Source of the DNA: a virus
Lineage: Duplodnaviria > Heunggongvirae > Uroviricota > Caudoviricetes
IMG/VR virus record: IMGVR_UViG_3300042554_002914
Reading direction: 5' to 3' (one strand)
DNA length: 64,000 bases
Numbering within the stretch: the first letter of the stretch is position 1; each line of letters starts with the position of its first letter. Under the pieces are notes generated by a model. It was not told the DNA's origin. It did no database searches and was given only the letters and a program-made list of their open reading frames with translations. This document shows, piece by piece, positions 30,141 through 37,996 of the stretch. The position numbers and the translations under genes were made by a program.

Positions 30141-30544
30141 GGTTGGAGGGGGTGGGGTAGCCTACCCTGAATTTTACCCCCCCGTTCATTAACCTTTCAA
30201 ATTAGATTTGGCAAGGTCTAATGCAATCCAGTTTTTCAGGGTTTGAAGACTGCGAATTTTTGCCTGAAGGTGTGATAATCCCTCTTCGGAAAAAGACTCA
30301 GGACATAACTCTCGTTCAGCAATTAGTTCCCCTGCATACATTTCAAGGGCTTCGATTGCGAGTTCTTTATCTTGTTTGGAAATTAGTGACATGGCCTATG
30401 AGTTGAAACCTTTGGGTGCGTTAATTAGCTTGGTGTTTGCCATTTTTTTTATAGTTGTTAGCGTAGGTTGTTAGCGTAGATTGCTAATGCAGGTTGTTAA
30501 TGCAATGAGTACAAACCCTGGCCATTATTACCCATTGTCAAATA

Positions 30545-30632
30545 GGCGTGTAGGGAGTCGAACCCTAACTAGCCGGTAATCTGCCGGAGTGGCCTTCATA
30601 AGGGGCCCTGTGCTACCGTACACCACACGCCC
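30545..30632 (-). tRNA. type-II tRNA (long variable arm) with a noncanonical anticodon arm; anticodon ambiguous (UAU if the stem is 4 bp plus a C.A mismatch)
   Basis: Acceptor GGGCGUG, U8, D-stem GUGU/GCAC and T-arm UAGGG-UUCGACU-CCCUA are canonical. The variable arm is a hairpin, CCGGCAGAUUACCGG. The anticodon region is GGCCC-CUUAUGA-AGGCC, which can also be read as a 9-nt loop. Confidence 0.6.
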
Positions 30633-31047
30633 GAATTTCTAGGAGTTAAATAACCGTGTTAATTACCATGTTGGTTTCCAATTAGTTTTTAATTAGGTGA
30701 AAAAATTGCCCCTGGCTTTGTTAGAGCCATTGTTTAATGTTGTTTGGTTATGGACGTATCCATGGAACCCTAAGTTGTATTATCAATGGGGCGTTTCCTA
30801 AACGTTAATCGCTTCTATAGCGGCCAACTTAAATCAAGTCAGCCATCAACATCTTGGTCGTAAAGATCAAGAGCCTCTAGAACTTCTACCCCCGTCTCAG
30901 CAGCATCTAGCCGAAGAAGCAAATCTGCAGTAGCAGGATTACTTTCAGACAGTACAGCTGCCTTAGCAGCAATCAGAGCATTAGCCATTTTTGTTTGTTT
31001 TTGTGAGCTTTGTTTAACACTTGGTATGGCTGCATCTCAGCAACCAA

Positions 31048-31119
31048 CACCCTGAGAGGGATTTGAACCCCCGACCGACGACTTAGAAGGTCGCTGCTCT
31101 TCCACTGAGCTACCAGGGC
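31048..31119 (-). tRNA. tRNA-Arg (anticodon UCU)
   Basis: D-arm is GCUC-AGUGGAA-GAGC. Anticodon stem-loop is GCGAC-CUUCUAA-GUCGU. T-arm is GGGGG-UUCAAAU-CCCUC. The acceptor has G.U pairs. Confidence 0.8.
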
Positions 31120-31280
31120 TTGATATTTGGTTGATGGCTGCGGGGGGCCACAGGGGGGCCAAAACGGGTTCCCAACACTATTGTAGCATACACTGGGGCA
31201 AAGTCAATGGGTCTGCCGGGAACCTGCTAGGCACTACCGGAAACTGCCCGACACTGCTGAATGATGCCGAATGCAACCAA

Positions 31281-31565
31281 TCAAATGATGTAATAATGAA
31301 TTAAACTGAATGATCCAGGGAATTTTCGGGTAGCACCATCCAAGGCAGCAATCTCCTGAACCTTGCCGTAGGCCCTATCCATGTTTGCCAAGGAGTCCCA
31401 AAATAGCAAAATCGTAACCTGATCGCCCCTAACTGAGCCTATTTGCTTTCTGATGAACCCTTGCTGTTGTCTTAGCCATGGCTCCCAGACCTTGCCGTAT
31501 GTATCAAGAAAGACTGCCTTGGATGATGACGGCGTAATCTGAAATGTTAAACTTTCGATTTTCAC
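31281..31565 (-). CDS. hypothetical protein
   Basis: 94-aa minus-strand ORF. Confidence 0.35.
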   Translation of the reverse strand: MKIESLTFQITPSSSKAVFLDTYGKVWEPWLRQQQGFIRKQIGSVRGDQVTILLFWDSLANMDRAYGKVQEIAALDGATRKFPGSFSLIHYYII

Positions 31566-31595
31566 TTTGGGTTTAGGTGTGTTGTTTTTCTTAAC

Positions 31596-31931
31596 TTATT
31601 TGCCATTGGCTTCGGGCGCACTTACTGATCGCTTCCATTCCGTCCAATGATCAAATGGGCACCTCATGTTCGCCATTGTCGTTTTTAGTGGCATGAAACA
31701 ATCACAATCCCCACACTGAGATGACTCCGGCTTAAACAAACCGCAAATGTTGCTTTCGCAAATTGCTAACCTATCCTTTGCAACTTGGCGAGGAGCAATT
31801 GTAGGGTCGGCCAGCAGTCTAGCGGCGGTATCTCTGATGGAAGCACCGAAACTACGGCGACAACATTCCGGGTTTTCGTTGGTGCCTTCTAAGTTTTCTA
31901 AGTTTTCCATAGGTGACCCAGGTTGTCCCAA
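31596..31931 (-). CDS. hypothetical Cys-rich protein
   Basis: 111-aa ORF with a cysteine cluster (CESNICG..CGDCDC..C). Confidence 0.35.
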   Translation of the reverse strand: MGQPGSPMENLENLEGTNENPECCRRSFGASIRDTAARLLADPTIAPRQVAKDRLAICESNICGLFKPESSQCGDCDCFMPLKTTMANMRCPFDHWTEWKRSVSAPEANGK

Positions 31932-31971
31932 TTGTTTAACATGATTACTTCCCGGTTAAATACTACCCTGA

Positions 31972-32490
31972 TCAATTCGTAAAAGAATCCAACGTGGTTA
32001 GATGGGAATGGAGGGTGGATTCTTTATGGAACCTATACACAGATGAAAACTCACCCGTTTGCTGAAAATACCTTAGTTCATCTAGCACTACCCTAACTAC
32101 AGGGCAATCAGAAACCCATGCCTTCATCCAAAAGGTTTGGAACTTTTCCAGGTACTCCCATTTTTGGTCGTGAGGTGTCCAAACTTTTGTGTACTTTGGT
32201 GGGTTCTTCCAAGGATCACTATAAGATGAGGGGTCATCAATTGCCAGTCCTTCAATAACATCGTGTGAATCCCTTAGAAACCTGAAAAAATAAAAGTCAC
32301 ATTCAGGGATTTTCCAAGTTATATTGACTATTAGGAATGGAATATCAGGGTAGTTGCCCTTAGACTTTGTAATTCCTTCAGTTACCTTCAGGCTAGTTAT
32401 CTGAGTGTCCACGGTGTCATTCACCCTCATCGCCAGCCTGTTCTGAATCTTCGGGCACCGTACCCAAAAGCAAACCCTCAAAGAAACCAA
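31972..32490 (-). CDS. hypothetical protein
   Basis: 172-aa minus-strand ORF. Confidence 0.4.
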   Translation of the reverse strand: MVSLRVCFWVRCPKIQNRLAMRVNDTVDTQITSLKVTEGITKSKGNYPDIPFLIVNITWKIPECDFYFFRFLRDSHDVIEGLAIDDPSSYSDPWKNPPKYTKVWTPHDQKWEYLEKFQTFWMKAWVSDCPVVRVVLDELRYFQQTGEFSSVYRFHKESTLHSHLTTLDSFTN

Positions 32491-32701
32491 CTACATCGAA
32501 GCGATTAGACGGGTCCACACCGACTTTACGGCAGACTTCAATCGCTGCCTCTTCGAAGGGTAAGTAAGGGTCCGCCAATCCAAAGGTTCTGAGACGTTGT
32601 AGGAAGCAATCTCGGATTGCAGCATATAGGGGTGGCAACTCGGACTCGTCAAGTTCGACTGTCCGTTCAATGGCTGTTGGGGCCTTGTATGTGATTTGCA
32701 T
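32417..32701 (-). CDS. hypothetical acidic protein
   Basis: 94-aa ORF with coherent composition. The overlapping ORF 32491..32835 looks spurious. Confidence 0.35.
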   Translation of the reverse strand: MQITYKAPTAIERTVELDESELPPLYAAIRDCFLQRLRTFGLADPYLPFEEAAIEVCRKVGVDPSNRFDVVGFFEGLLLGTVPEDSEQAGDEGE

Positions 32702-32854
32702 TTTTGGTCTTTAAGTAGGAAACGAATGTTTGCGTTTGTTGCCAGGGTTAAGTCTTTTGGCATTAAGATGGTGCCACCCCTCTCGATAAATCGGACAGAT
32801 TTGAGGAAGGCATGAGGGCGGATCTTTGTGGCCATTACGGTCAGGAGTTGGGTT

Positions 32855-33301
32855 TCAGAAAGTCAAGACACGGAATGGCCGTACTTTAAATCTAAAAAGT
32901 TTAGGGACAACATCCGCATAATTTTGGCGGACATTCACCGCATGTGCGTCCAAGAAATTAAATTCAGATGAACTCCAATAGCTGTGGTTGTCACCGAAGA
33001 ACTTAGGAATTTGTTTGTGTGCTAGGAGCAGAAGGTCTTTTGACGGAATGAACCATTCTGGGTCTGCCAATCCAAAGGTCCTACTCATTATATCACTCCA
33101 ACTAGACTCAAACTCCCTTTCCTTGGAGCAAACGACAATAGCGTGATTGTCTCCCTTAACCAAGACGATGCTTCCATCTTCAAGTACGTCCCCTACCTGG
33201 GTATCGGAAACTTTTTTGTAGTTGCGTAGGTCTTGCCTTAGGGTTTCTAGTTGTCTTTCGGTTTCTTGAATTTTTTGAGTGATGCCAGTCAAACGATCCA
33301 T
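32855..33301 (-). CDS. DUF1566-like protein (paralog of the C-terminus of 5859..6539)
   Basis: VGDVLEDGSIV and SYWSSSEF are shared with the paralog. Confidence 0.45.
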   Translation of the reverse strand: MDRLTGITQKIQETERQLETLRQDLRNYKKVSDTQVGDVLEDGSIVLVKGDNHAIVVCSKEREFESSWSDIMSRTFGLADPEWFIPSKDLLLLAHKQIPKFFGDNHSYWSSSEFNFLDAHAVNVRQNYADVVPKLFRFKVRPFRVLTF

Positions 33302-33649
33302 GATACTGTTTGGGTGATTTTCCTAGGGAAAAAGATGGGGAGCTAATGGTACCTCACCTCAGTGGTGGGGGTTCGGTAGTGTTCTAGGATAGCCATGCGA
33401 GCTTCTCGTTTTGTGTTAAAACAAACCTGAATCAATGGCGAACACTCATCGTCTAAATCGTCATAAAGGTATTGGAAGAACATATTACTCCAGCCTAACA
33501 ACCAAGACTTGGTTTCACAATAGAAGCGACTAATTTCCCGATTGTTTTCACGGGTGATTTCTTCCCGAATACGAAATGTAACTTTCATTGGTGAGGGGGG
33601 GGTGGGTTGGTTGGTTGGTGATGGTTGCCGTAGCACCATACCACAAAAC

Positions 33650-34015
33650 TCAAGGAAAGGCAATGCGGTAAGACATAATGACCCACTTCTGGATTTGAAT
33701 AATTGCTTCATCTGATAGGGGCTTTCCATAATGCGTATAATTATGATATTCATTATGCCAAAAGTCAATACCTTGAGGGGTGGTACACCAGTGGAAGGTA
33801 CCCGATAATTTCCACCTATCAAATCCCGTTGGATTATCTAAAATCGACATGAGGGACTCCCTATCGAACCCCTTTGGCAAGGTGTGAGACAGCTCTTTTG
33901 TCCTTTCTGCTTCCGTTGCCACCTTAAGTTCTCTCTCAAGTTGGGCGATTTGAAGCTTGATTTGTTCTGATTTTTTCACGAGTCTTTGGGTTGGTTTCGG
34001 CTGGTTGGTTACCAA
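33650..34015 (-). CDS. hypothetical protein (paralog of 15315..15620)
   Basis: 121-aa ORF with a coiled-coil N-terminus and the TPQGIDFW motif. Confidence 0.4.
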   Translation of the reverse strand: MVTNQPKPTQRLVKKSEQIKLQIAQLERELKVATEAERTKELSHTLPKGFDRESLMSILDNPTGFDRWKLSGTFHWCTTPQGIDFWHNEYHNYTHYGKPLSDEAIIQIQKWVIMSYRIAFP

Positions 34016-34084
34016 TGATAGTATAGCACAAGGTTAAAACGAAGTCAAGGGGCCAACCCGAAAGTCAACCCCCCCCCAAGGGAT

Positions 34085-34915
34085 TCAGACAGCCGCCATC
34101 TCCAGAGCCACTTGCATCGCCCGCTGATTGATAGATACACCTTGGCCAAAATTGGAATAGTTAAAGCAACCGTCGTTAGTCTTACGGACTTCGTGACTGG
34201 AAAATTCAGTGACCGCATTGAGCGCATCGTATAGGGTGTGCCCCTCGTTGCCTTTACCATTATAGAAAAGGTGGTTAAGCCTATCAATGTTGCGAATCTT
34301 ATCGCCCTCCTTCTTATTGTAGGTAGCTTCCAGGAAGCGGGTGAATTGTGCCCCGGTGCAAGTGGCATTGGCAATGGTTTCCACATTTTGGGCATAACGT
34401 GCCATGTCTTCATTGACGAGATCCATTACCATACTAGACCCAATAACAAGCTCGTTTACACCTCTATTATGTCGGAATTTTTGACCGATCTCCCTGTAGG
34501 CCATGGTGAACGTATTGGCGCAGATAACGCGAACTGCTGATGAACCGATGGCCACCGATGCGTTGGCTGTGTGGCCGTTTAGTAGTGTAATAAAGGCATT
34601 GTAGTCTTCGCCAATAACTTGGAAACCTTGGCTGATGCGAGCCTGGATAAATACCTTGGCTCCATTTTGGAGGTGCCCCATGTTTTCCACTGTAAGAATA
34701 CCTTCTTCCACCAAAGGGCTAACTTTACCTAGAAGGACTTCGTTTTGAACAGATTCGTAGCCCGTGGAAACATACCCGAGGCGATAATCATTATCATCAC
34801 GGTGAACAGCAACTGTGGAAGGATCAACTTCCCACTCCCCCTTGAAGTTCATGGATGCGACGGCCCGATTAGAAACGGTCCAGTCTAGGTTGTTGGTGAT
34901 GGCGAAAGCAGTCAT
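34085..34915 (-). CDS. phage/plasmid DUF932-like protein
   Basis: 276-aa ORF. The N-terminal NLDWTVS resembles the DUF932 GLDWxV start. Confidence 0.45.
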   Translation of the reverse strand: MTAFAITNNLDWTVSNRAVASMNFKGEWEVDPSTVAVHRDDNDYRLGYVSTGYESVQNEVLLGKVSPLVEEGILTVENMGHLQNGAKVFIQARISQGFQVIGEDYNAFITLLNGHTANASVAIGSSAVRVICANTFTMAYREIGQKFRHNRGVNELVIGSSMVMDLVNEDMARYAQNVETIANATCTGAQFTRFLEATYNKKEGDKIRNIDRLNHLFYNGKGNEGHTLYDALNAVTEFSSHEVRKTNDGCFNYSNFGQGVSINQRAMQVALEMAAV

Positions 34916-35117
34916 GGTTGGTTGCGGATCGTTGGTTGCGGTTGGGTGGTTACTGGGTTATTCTAGCAGGGTTGGTCCTGGTTGTCAATGCCTGCCGGGG
35001 GTGAAGGCTGACTGGGAACCAATTTCAAGTTAGTTTAGCGCGGTATGGGGTAATTGTCAATGCTTGCCAGGTGCCATGACTCAGAAGTCGAGAGGTGCGA
35101 AGTTAGCGCAAAGTCAA

Positions 35118-35552
35118 TCAATAGTCATAACCATAGTCAGAGGAAAACTCATACTCGTCGCCATCTTTCCCGTCGATCTCATCCTTAAAGCCATACTTGA
35201 TTGCCGTTGCCTTGAAGAGAGGCAAACCATATTGAGCGTAATTATCGTCAGAAAAGTCCTCAAGACCATCCTCAAGAACCCAATTCCACATCTTGACGAC
35301 ATTGAACATTAACCCTGAGCTAATCCCACGCTGATTCAGTGCCTTCTCAAAGCCAAAGGCAACATCTTTTTCAAGCTGTGCAAGAACATTTTTCCGTGTG
35401 TACGGAATAACTTCATGAGTTGCGCCCTCTTGAAGGGTTAATCCAAAGTCCTTAAGCTGCTCTTGTGGGATAAACTGGGCAAGTCTATAAATATCGCGTC
35501 CGTCGAGGGTTCCCGATTTGTAAAGCTTTTGGACCTGTTTAAGAGTTTTCAT
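35118..35552 (-). CDS. hypothetical protein with an acidic/aromatic C-terminal tail (start MKTLKQ)
   Basis: The long ORF 35118..35960 overlaps the phosphoesterase gene. The internal ATG at 35550-35552 gives a coherent 145-aa product. Confidence 0.4.
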   Translation of the reverse strand: MKTLKQVQKLYKSGTLDGRDIYRLAQFIPQEQLKDFGLTLQEGATHEVIPYTRKNVLAQLEKDVAFGFEKALNQRGISSGLMFNVVKMWNWVLEDGLEDFSDDNYAQYGLPLFKATAIKYGFKDEIDGKDGDEYEFSSDYGYDY

Positions 35553-35691
35553 GGTTGAAGAAATTGGTTGTAGGGCCATTATAGCATGGGGCCGTAGGGA
35601 TGGGACCAGGGGTATGGGGTTTGGGTAGCGCCTAACGGCGCTCAAACCCGGTCGGGGGCTAGCGCCCCCTCCCGAAAATTCCGGGTCTTTG

Positions 35692-36462
35692 TCAAGGCTG
35701 GAGCCTGCCATCGTGGCCAAAATACCGGAGCACCTTGGTTTCCACATCGTACAGACAAAGTTTGGTATCTTCAGGGTTGATTTCGCTATGGGAAGACCCA
35801 CCCATTTGACCGTCGAGGACGATGTTTTTCTCGCTGATGTAAACATTATGATAATGTCCAGCGACTCGGACCCATTCCTTATCATCATCTTCCAACCACC
35901 ATGGGAGGCGATCAGATGTAACTTTCCCATCTTCCAAGGTAACCTTATAGAAAGGCCCATAGATCATGGTTTCAAGTTCCCTGCGGGTAATAGCATTGGA
36001 CATTACTTGGTGGGTGCCATTATATTTCGGGATGGGCAATCTGCGGGGGAAACAAGCGTGAGCGCACCGGTATTCAGTACCTTCCGCACCCCTAAATACA
36101 AAGCCATAAGGCATCGAATCGAGCCAAGGCAATACCTCGGCGACCAAATCAATGCCACCTTTTTCAAAGTCATCTATGGTAGTTCGCAAGTCTTGGAAAA
36201 CCTTGACTTTATTTCCCTTGAGATAGCGAATCAGTTTATTTTGGTGATTGCTTTGCAGGATGATAGTGCCAGGGATTTCCTTTTGAATTTGCCTCACTGC
36301 ATGATAAACCCCGACAGAATCTGAGGTTTCGCACCTTGAATCAAAAAGGTCCCCCAGTAGAATTGGGGTTAGCCTTTCCGACAAGCAGAGCTTTAGGGCC
36401 GCTTCCAGGGGGAGCAACTGGGAATGGATGTCACCAATGATGGCGTAACGAGTGTGTGTCAT
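35692..36462 (-). CDS. calcineurin-like metallophosphoesterase (second copy, divergent)
   Basis: GDIHS and GDLFD are present, and SNHQ occupies the GNHE position. Confidence 0.7.
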   Translation of the reverse strand: MTHTRYAIIGDIHSQLLPLEAALKLCLSERLTPILLGDLFDSRCETSDSVGVYHAVRQIQKEIPGTIILQSNHQNKLIRYLKGNKVKVFQDLRTTIDDFEKGGIDLVAEVLPWLDSMPYGFVFRGAEGTEYRCAHACFPRRLPIPKYNGTHQVMSNAITRRELETMIYGPFYKVTLEDGKVTSDRLPWWLEDDDKEWVRVAGHYHNVYISEKNIVLDGQMGGSSHSEINPEDTKLCLYDVETKVLRYFGHDGRLQP

Positions 36463-36558
36463 GGACCCATTGTAGCATGTTTGATGGGGGTTGCCCCTCA
36501 GGGTATGACTGCTGGGGTCATCACTGAGGGCATTATATCCCGTGATTTAATAGTCCCA

Positions 36559-36807
36559 TTACTCATGGTTTAAAAAGTCTAGTAAAAGTTGGATGATGTT
36601 TCTTTTATACTTACGTTTTTTGCTCTGTGGAGTAAACCTACCAAATACCTCAAGTTCTTCGATAGATGCTCCCTGAAGCCAGTATTGAAAGGAGTCTTCG
36701 TCCATGAGGCAAATATCGTTGTAGGGGCCAAATGACGGATCTAATGGTCTTAGGGAACTGCCACCGTAAGGCGCATAGTGGCCATTCGAATTACGATAGA
36801 GGACCAT
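36559..36807 (-). CDS. hypothetical protein
   Basis: 82-aa ORF. A homopolymer A/T tract lies immediately upstream of the ATG and a C11 run lies further upstream. Confidence 0.35.
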   Translation of the reverse strand: MVLYRNSNGHYAPYGGSSLRPLDPSFGPYNDICLMDEDSFQYWLQGASIEELEVFGRFTPQSKKRKYKRNIIQLLLDFLNHE

Positions 36808-36994
36808 AAAAAAATTTTTTTTTTAGGAAAGCAATCTTCTACAGCGAGCCACCCCCCCCCCATGAGTCGTGCTGACAGCGCTTTAAGGTTGTGATAGGCA
36901 TTTTGCTGTGGGGGTTGTTTGGAACTGTTATCAGTGCCACTCTAGCATGGTTGCTGCTAGGTGTCAACTCTTAACCAAGTTATAAATGTAGTGA

Positions 36995-37109
36995 ATGGGA
37001 CCGGCAGGATTTGAACCTACAACCTCTCCTTTATCATAGGAATTTTAATTGCTGATGTATCTTTGACAAGATAACTTTCTTTAGCGCTCTGTCGTTGAGC
37101 TATGGTCCC
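36995..37109 (-). ncRNA. tRNA-like RNA gene in which a roughly 40-nt insertion replaces the anticodon arm
   Basis: Minus-strand reading is GGGACCA-UA-GCUC-AACGACA-GAGC, then the insertion, then GUAGG-UUCAAAU-CCUGC-CGGUCCC-A. The insertion holds a UAUCUU-GUCA-AAGAUA hairpin and the motif CAGCAAUUAAAAUUCC. No canonical 7-nt anticodon loop is present. Confidence 0.5.
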
Positions 37110-37216
37110 TTGTTTGCTTCGCAAATAGCTTGTTGAAACACGGTTTAGCTAGATAGTTGGTTTTCCGATTTTGAAGGGGATGGTTGCTGAACTATCTACG
37201 TTTGCCGAAGGCAAAG

Positions 37217-37346
37217 TCGAAGAGGCAAGATTCGAACTTGCGTATGGCGGTTCCTTTTAGCGTATTGGGGTATTGCTGAACTATCTAAGGTATCACTAGA
37301 TGGTCTTTTTGCATTACCGCTGCCTTACCCACTTGGCTACTCTTCG
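37217..37346 (-). ncRNA. tRNA-like RNA gene with a roughly 57-nt insertion between anticodon-stem halves GCGGU/ACCGC
   Basis: CGAAGAG-UA-GCC-AAGUGGGUAA-GGC-A-GCGGU precedes the insertion, which holds an AUCUAG..UUAGAU hairpin and CAGCAAUACC. ACCGC-CAUAC-GCAAG-UUCGAAU-CUUGC-CUCUUCG-A follows it. Confidence 0.5.
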
Positions 37347-37401
37347 TTGTTGGTTGTTGGTTGTTGGTCTAGTGTTTTAACTGTTTAAGGTCAACAAGGT
37401 G

Positions 37402-37480
37402 AGCTTGCTGGATTTGAACCAGCTAACCAGGCGTATCACGTACTCCTTGTATTATCCTATTTGGAATGGCTGCCTCACCT
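37402..37480 (-). ncRNA. partial tRNA-like element (T-arm plus a 7-bp closing helix) carrying the same CAGC..AUUCC motif
   Basis: A GCUGG-UUCAAAU-CCAGC T-arm is present. The ends AGGUGAG and CUCACCU pair. No D-arm is recognisable, and 3 nt lie between the T-stem and the closing helix. Confidence 0.3.
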
Positions 37481-37592
37481 TAGGCTTTGAGCTTGTTAAG
37501 CAAGCCCGACACTTCTATTATAGTGTGTATGGACAGGGAGTAAAGGGGTGAAAACCGAACATTGCCACTGAGTGTAGAATTCCGTGGACAAA

Positions 37593-37710
37593 TAGGGGAA
37601 GAAGGAATCGAACCTCCGTCACGTCCGTATGATGGAATTTTTGTAATTGCTGTCTGCACCTTATTCAAGGTAACCGTTAATTACGTGTGCTGCCACCGCA
37701 CTATTCCCCT
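37593..37710 (-). ncRNA. tRNA-like RNA gene in which a roughly 43-nt insertion replaces the anticodon arm
   Basis: AGGGGAA-UA-GUGC-GGUGGCA-GCAC-A precedes the insertion, which holds a UUACCUU-GAAU-AAGGUG hairpin and CAGCAAUUACAAAAAUUCC. GGAGG-UUCGAUU-CCUUC-UUCCCCU-A follows, with a perfect 7-bp acceptor. Confidence 0.5.
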
Positions 37711-37996
37711 TTGTTGCCCTGGTGAATTACCAGGGAAGCTAACTTTATTTAAACAAGATGGTTGGTTTTTCTGTTACAAAGAAAGGTTAGATTGCTGAAC
37801 CATCTTACGGGCCTGCCTTACTTACCGCCCATTAACCCCAGGATTAATGCGAGGGTGAACAATCCTAACCCGAAAATCACAATTAAAGTAGGGCCAAACA
37901 CTGATAGCCATGGCCACGTTATCTGGCCCGTTAATTTCAACCCGAGAAGTAGCCCTTGAGCTGATATTAACGCAGTTGCAAAGGTCCCCATTTCCA

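Noticed and set aside
36995-37710. Group I self-splicing introns or tmRNA as the explanation for the insertions in the tRNA-like genes
   Set aside because: The insertions are only 40-57 nt, far below the roughly 200 nt or more needed for a group I core. The elements, 115-130 nt with no tag-peptide ORF or pseudoknots, are too small for tmRNA.
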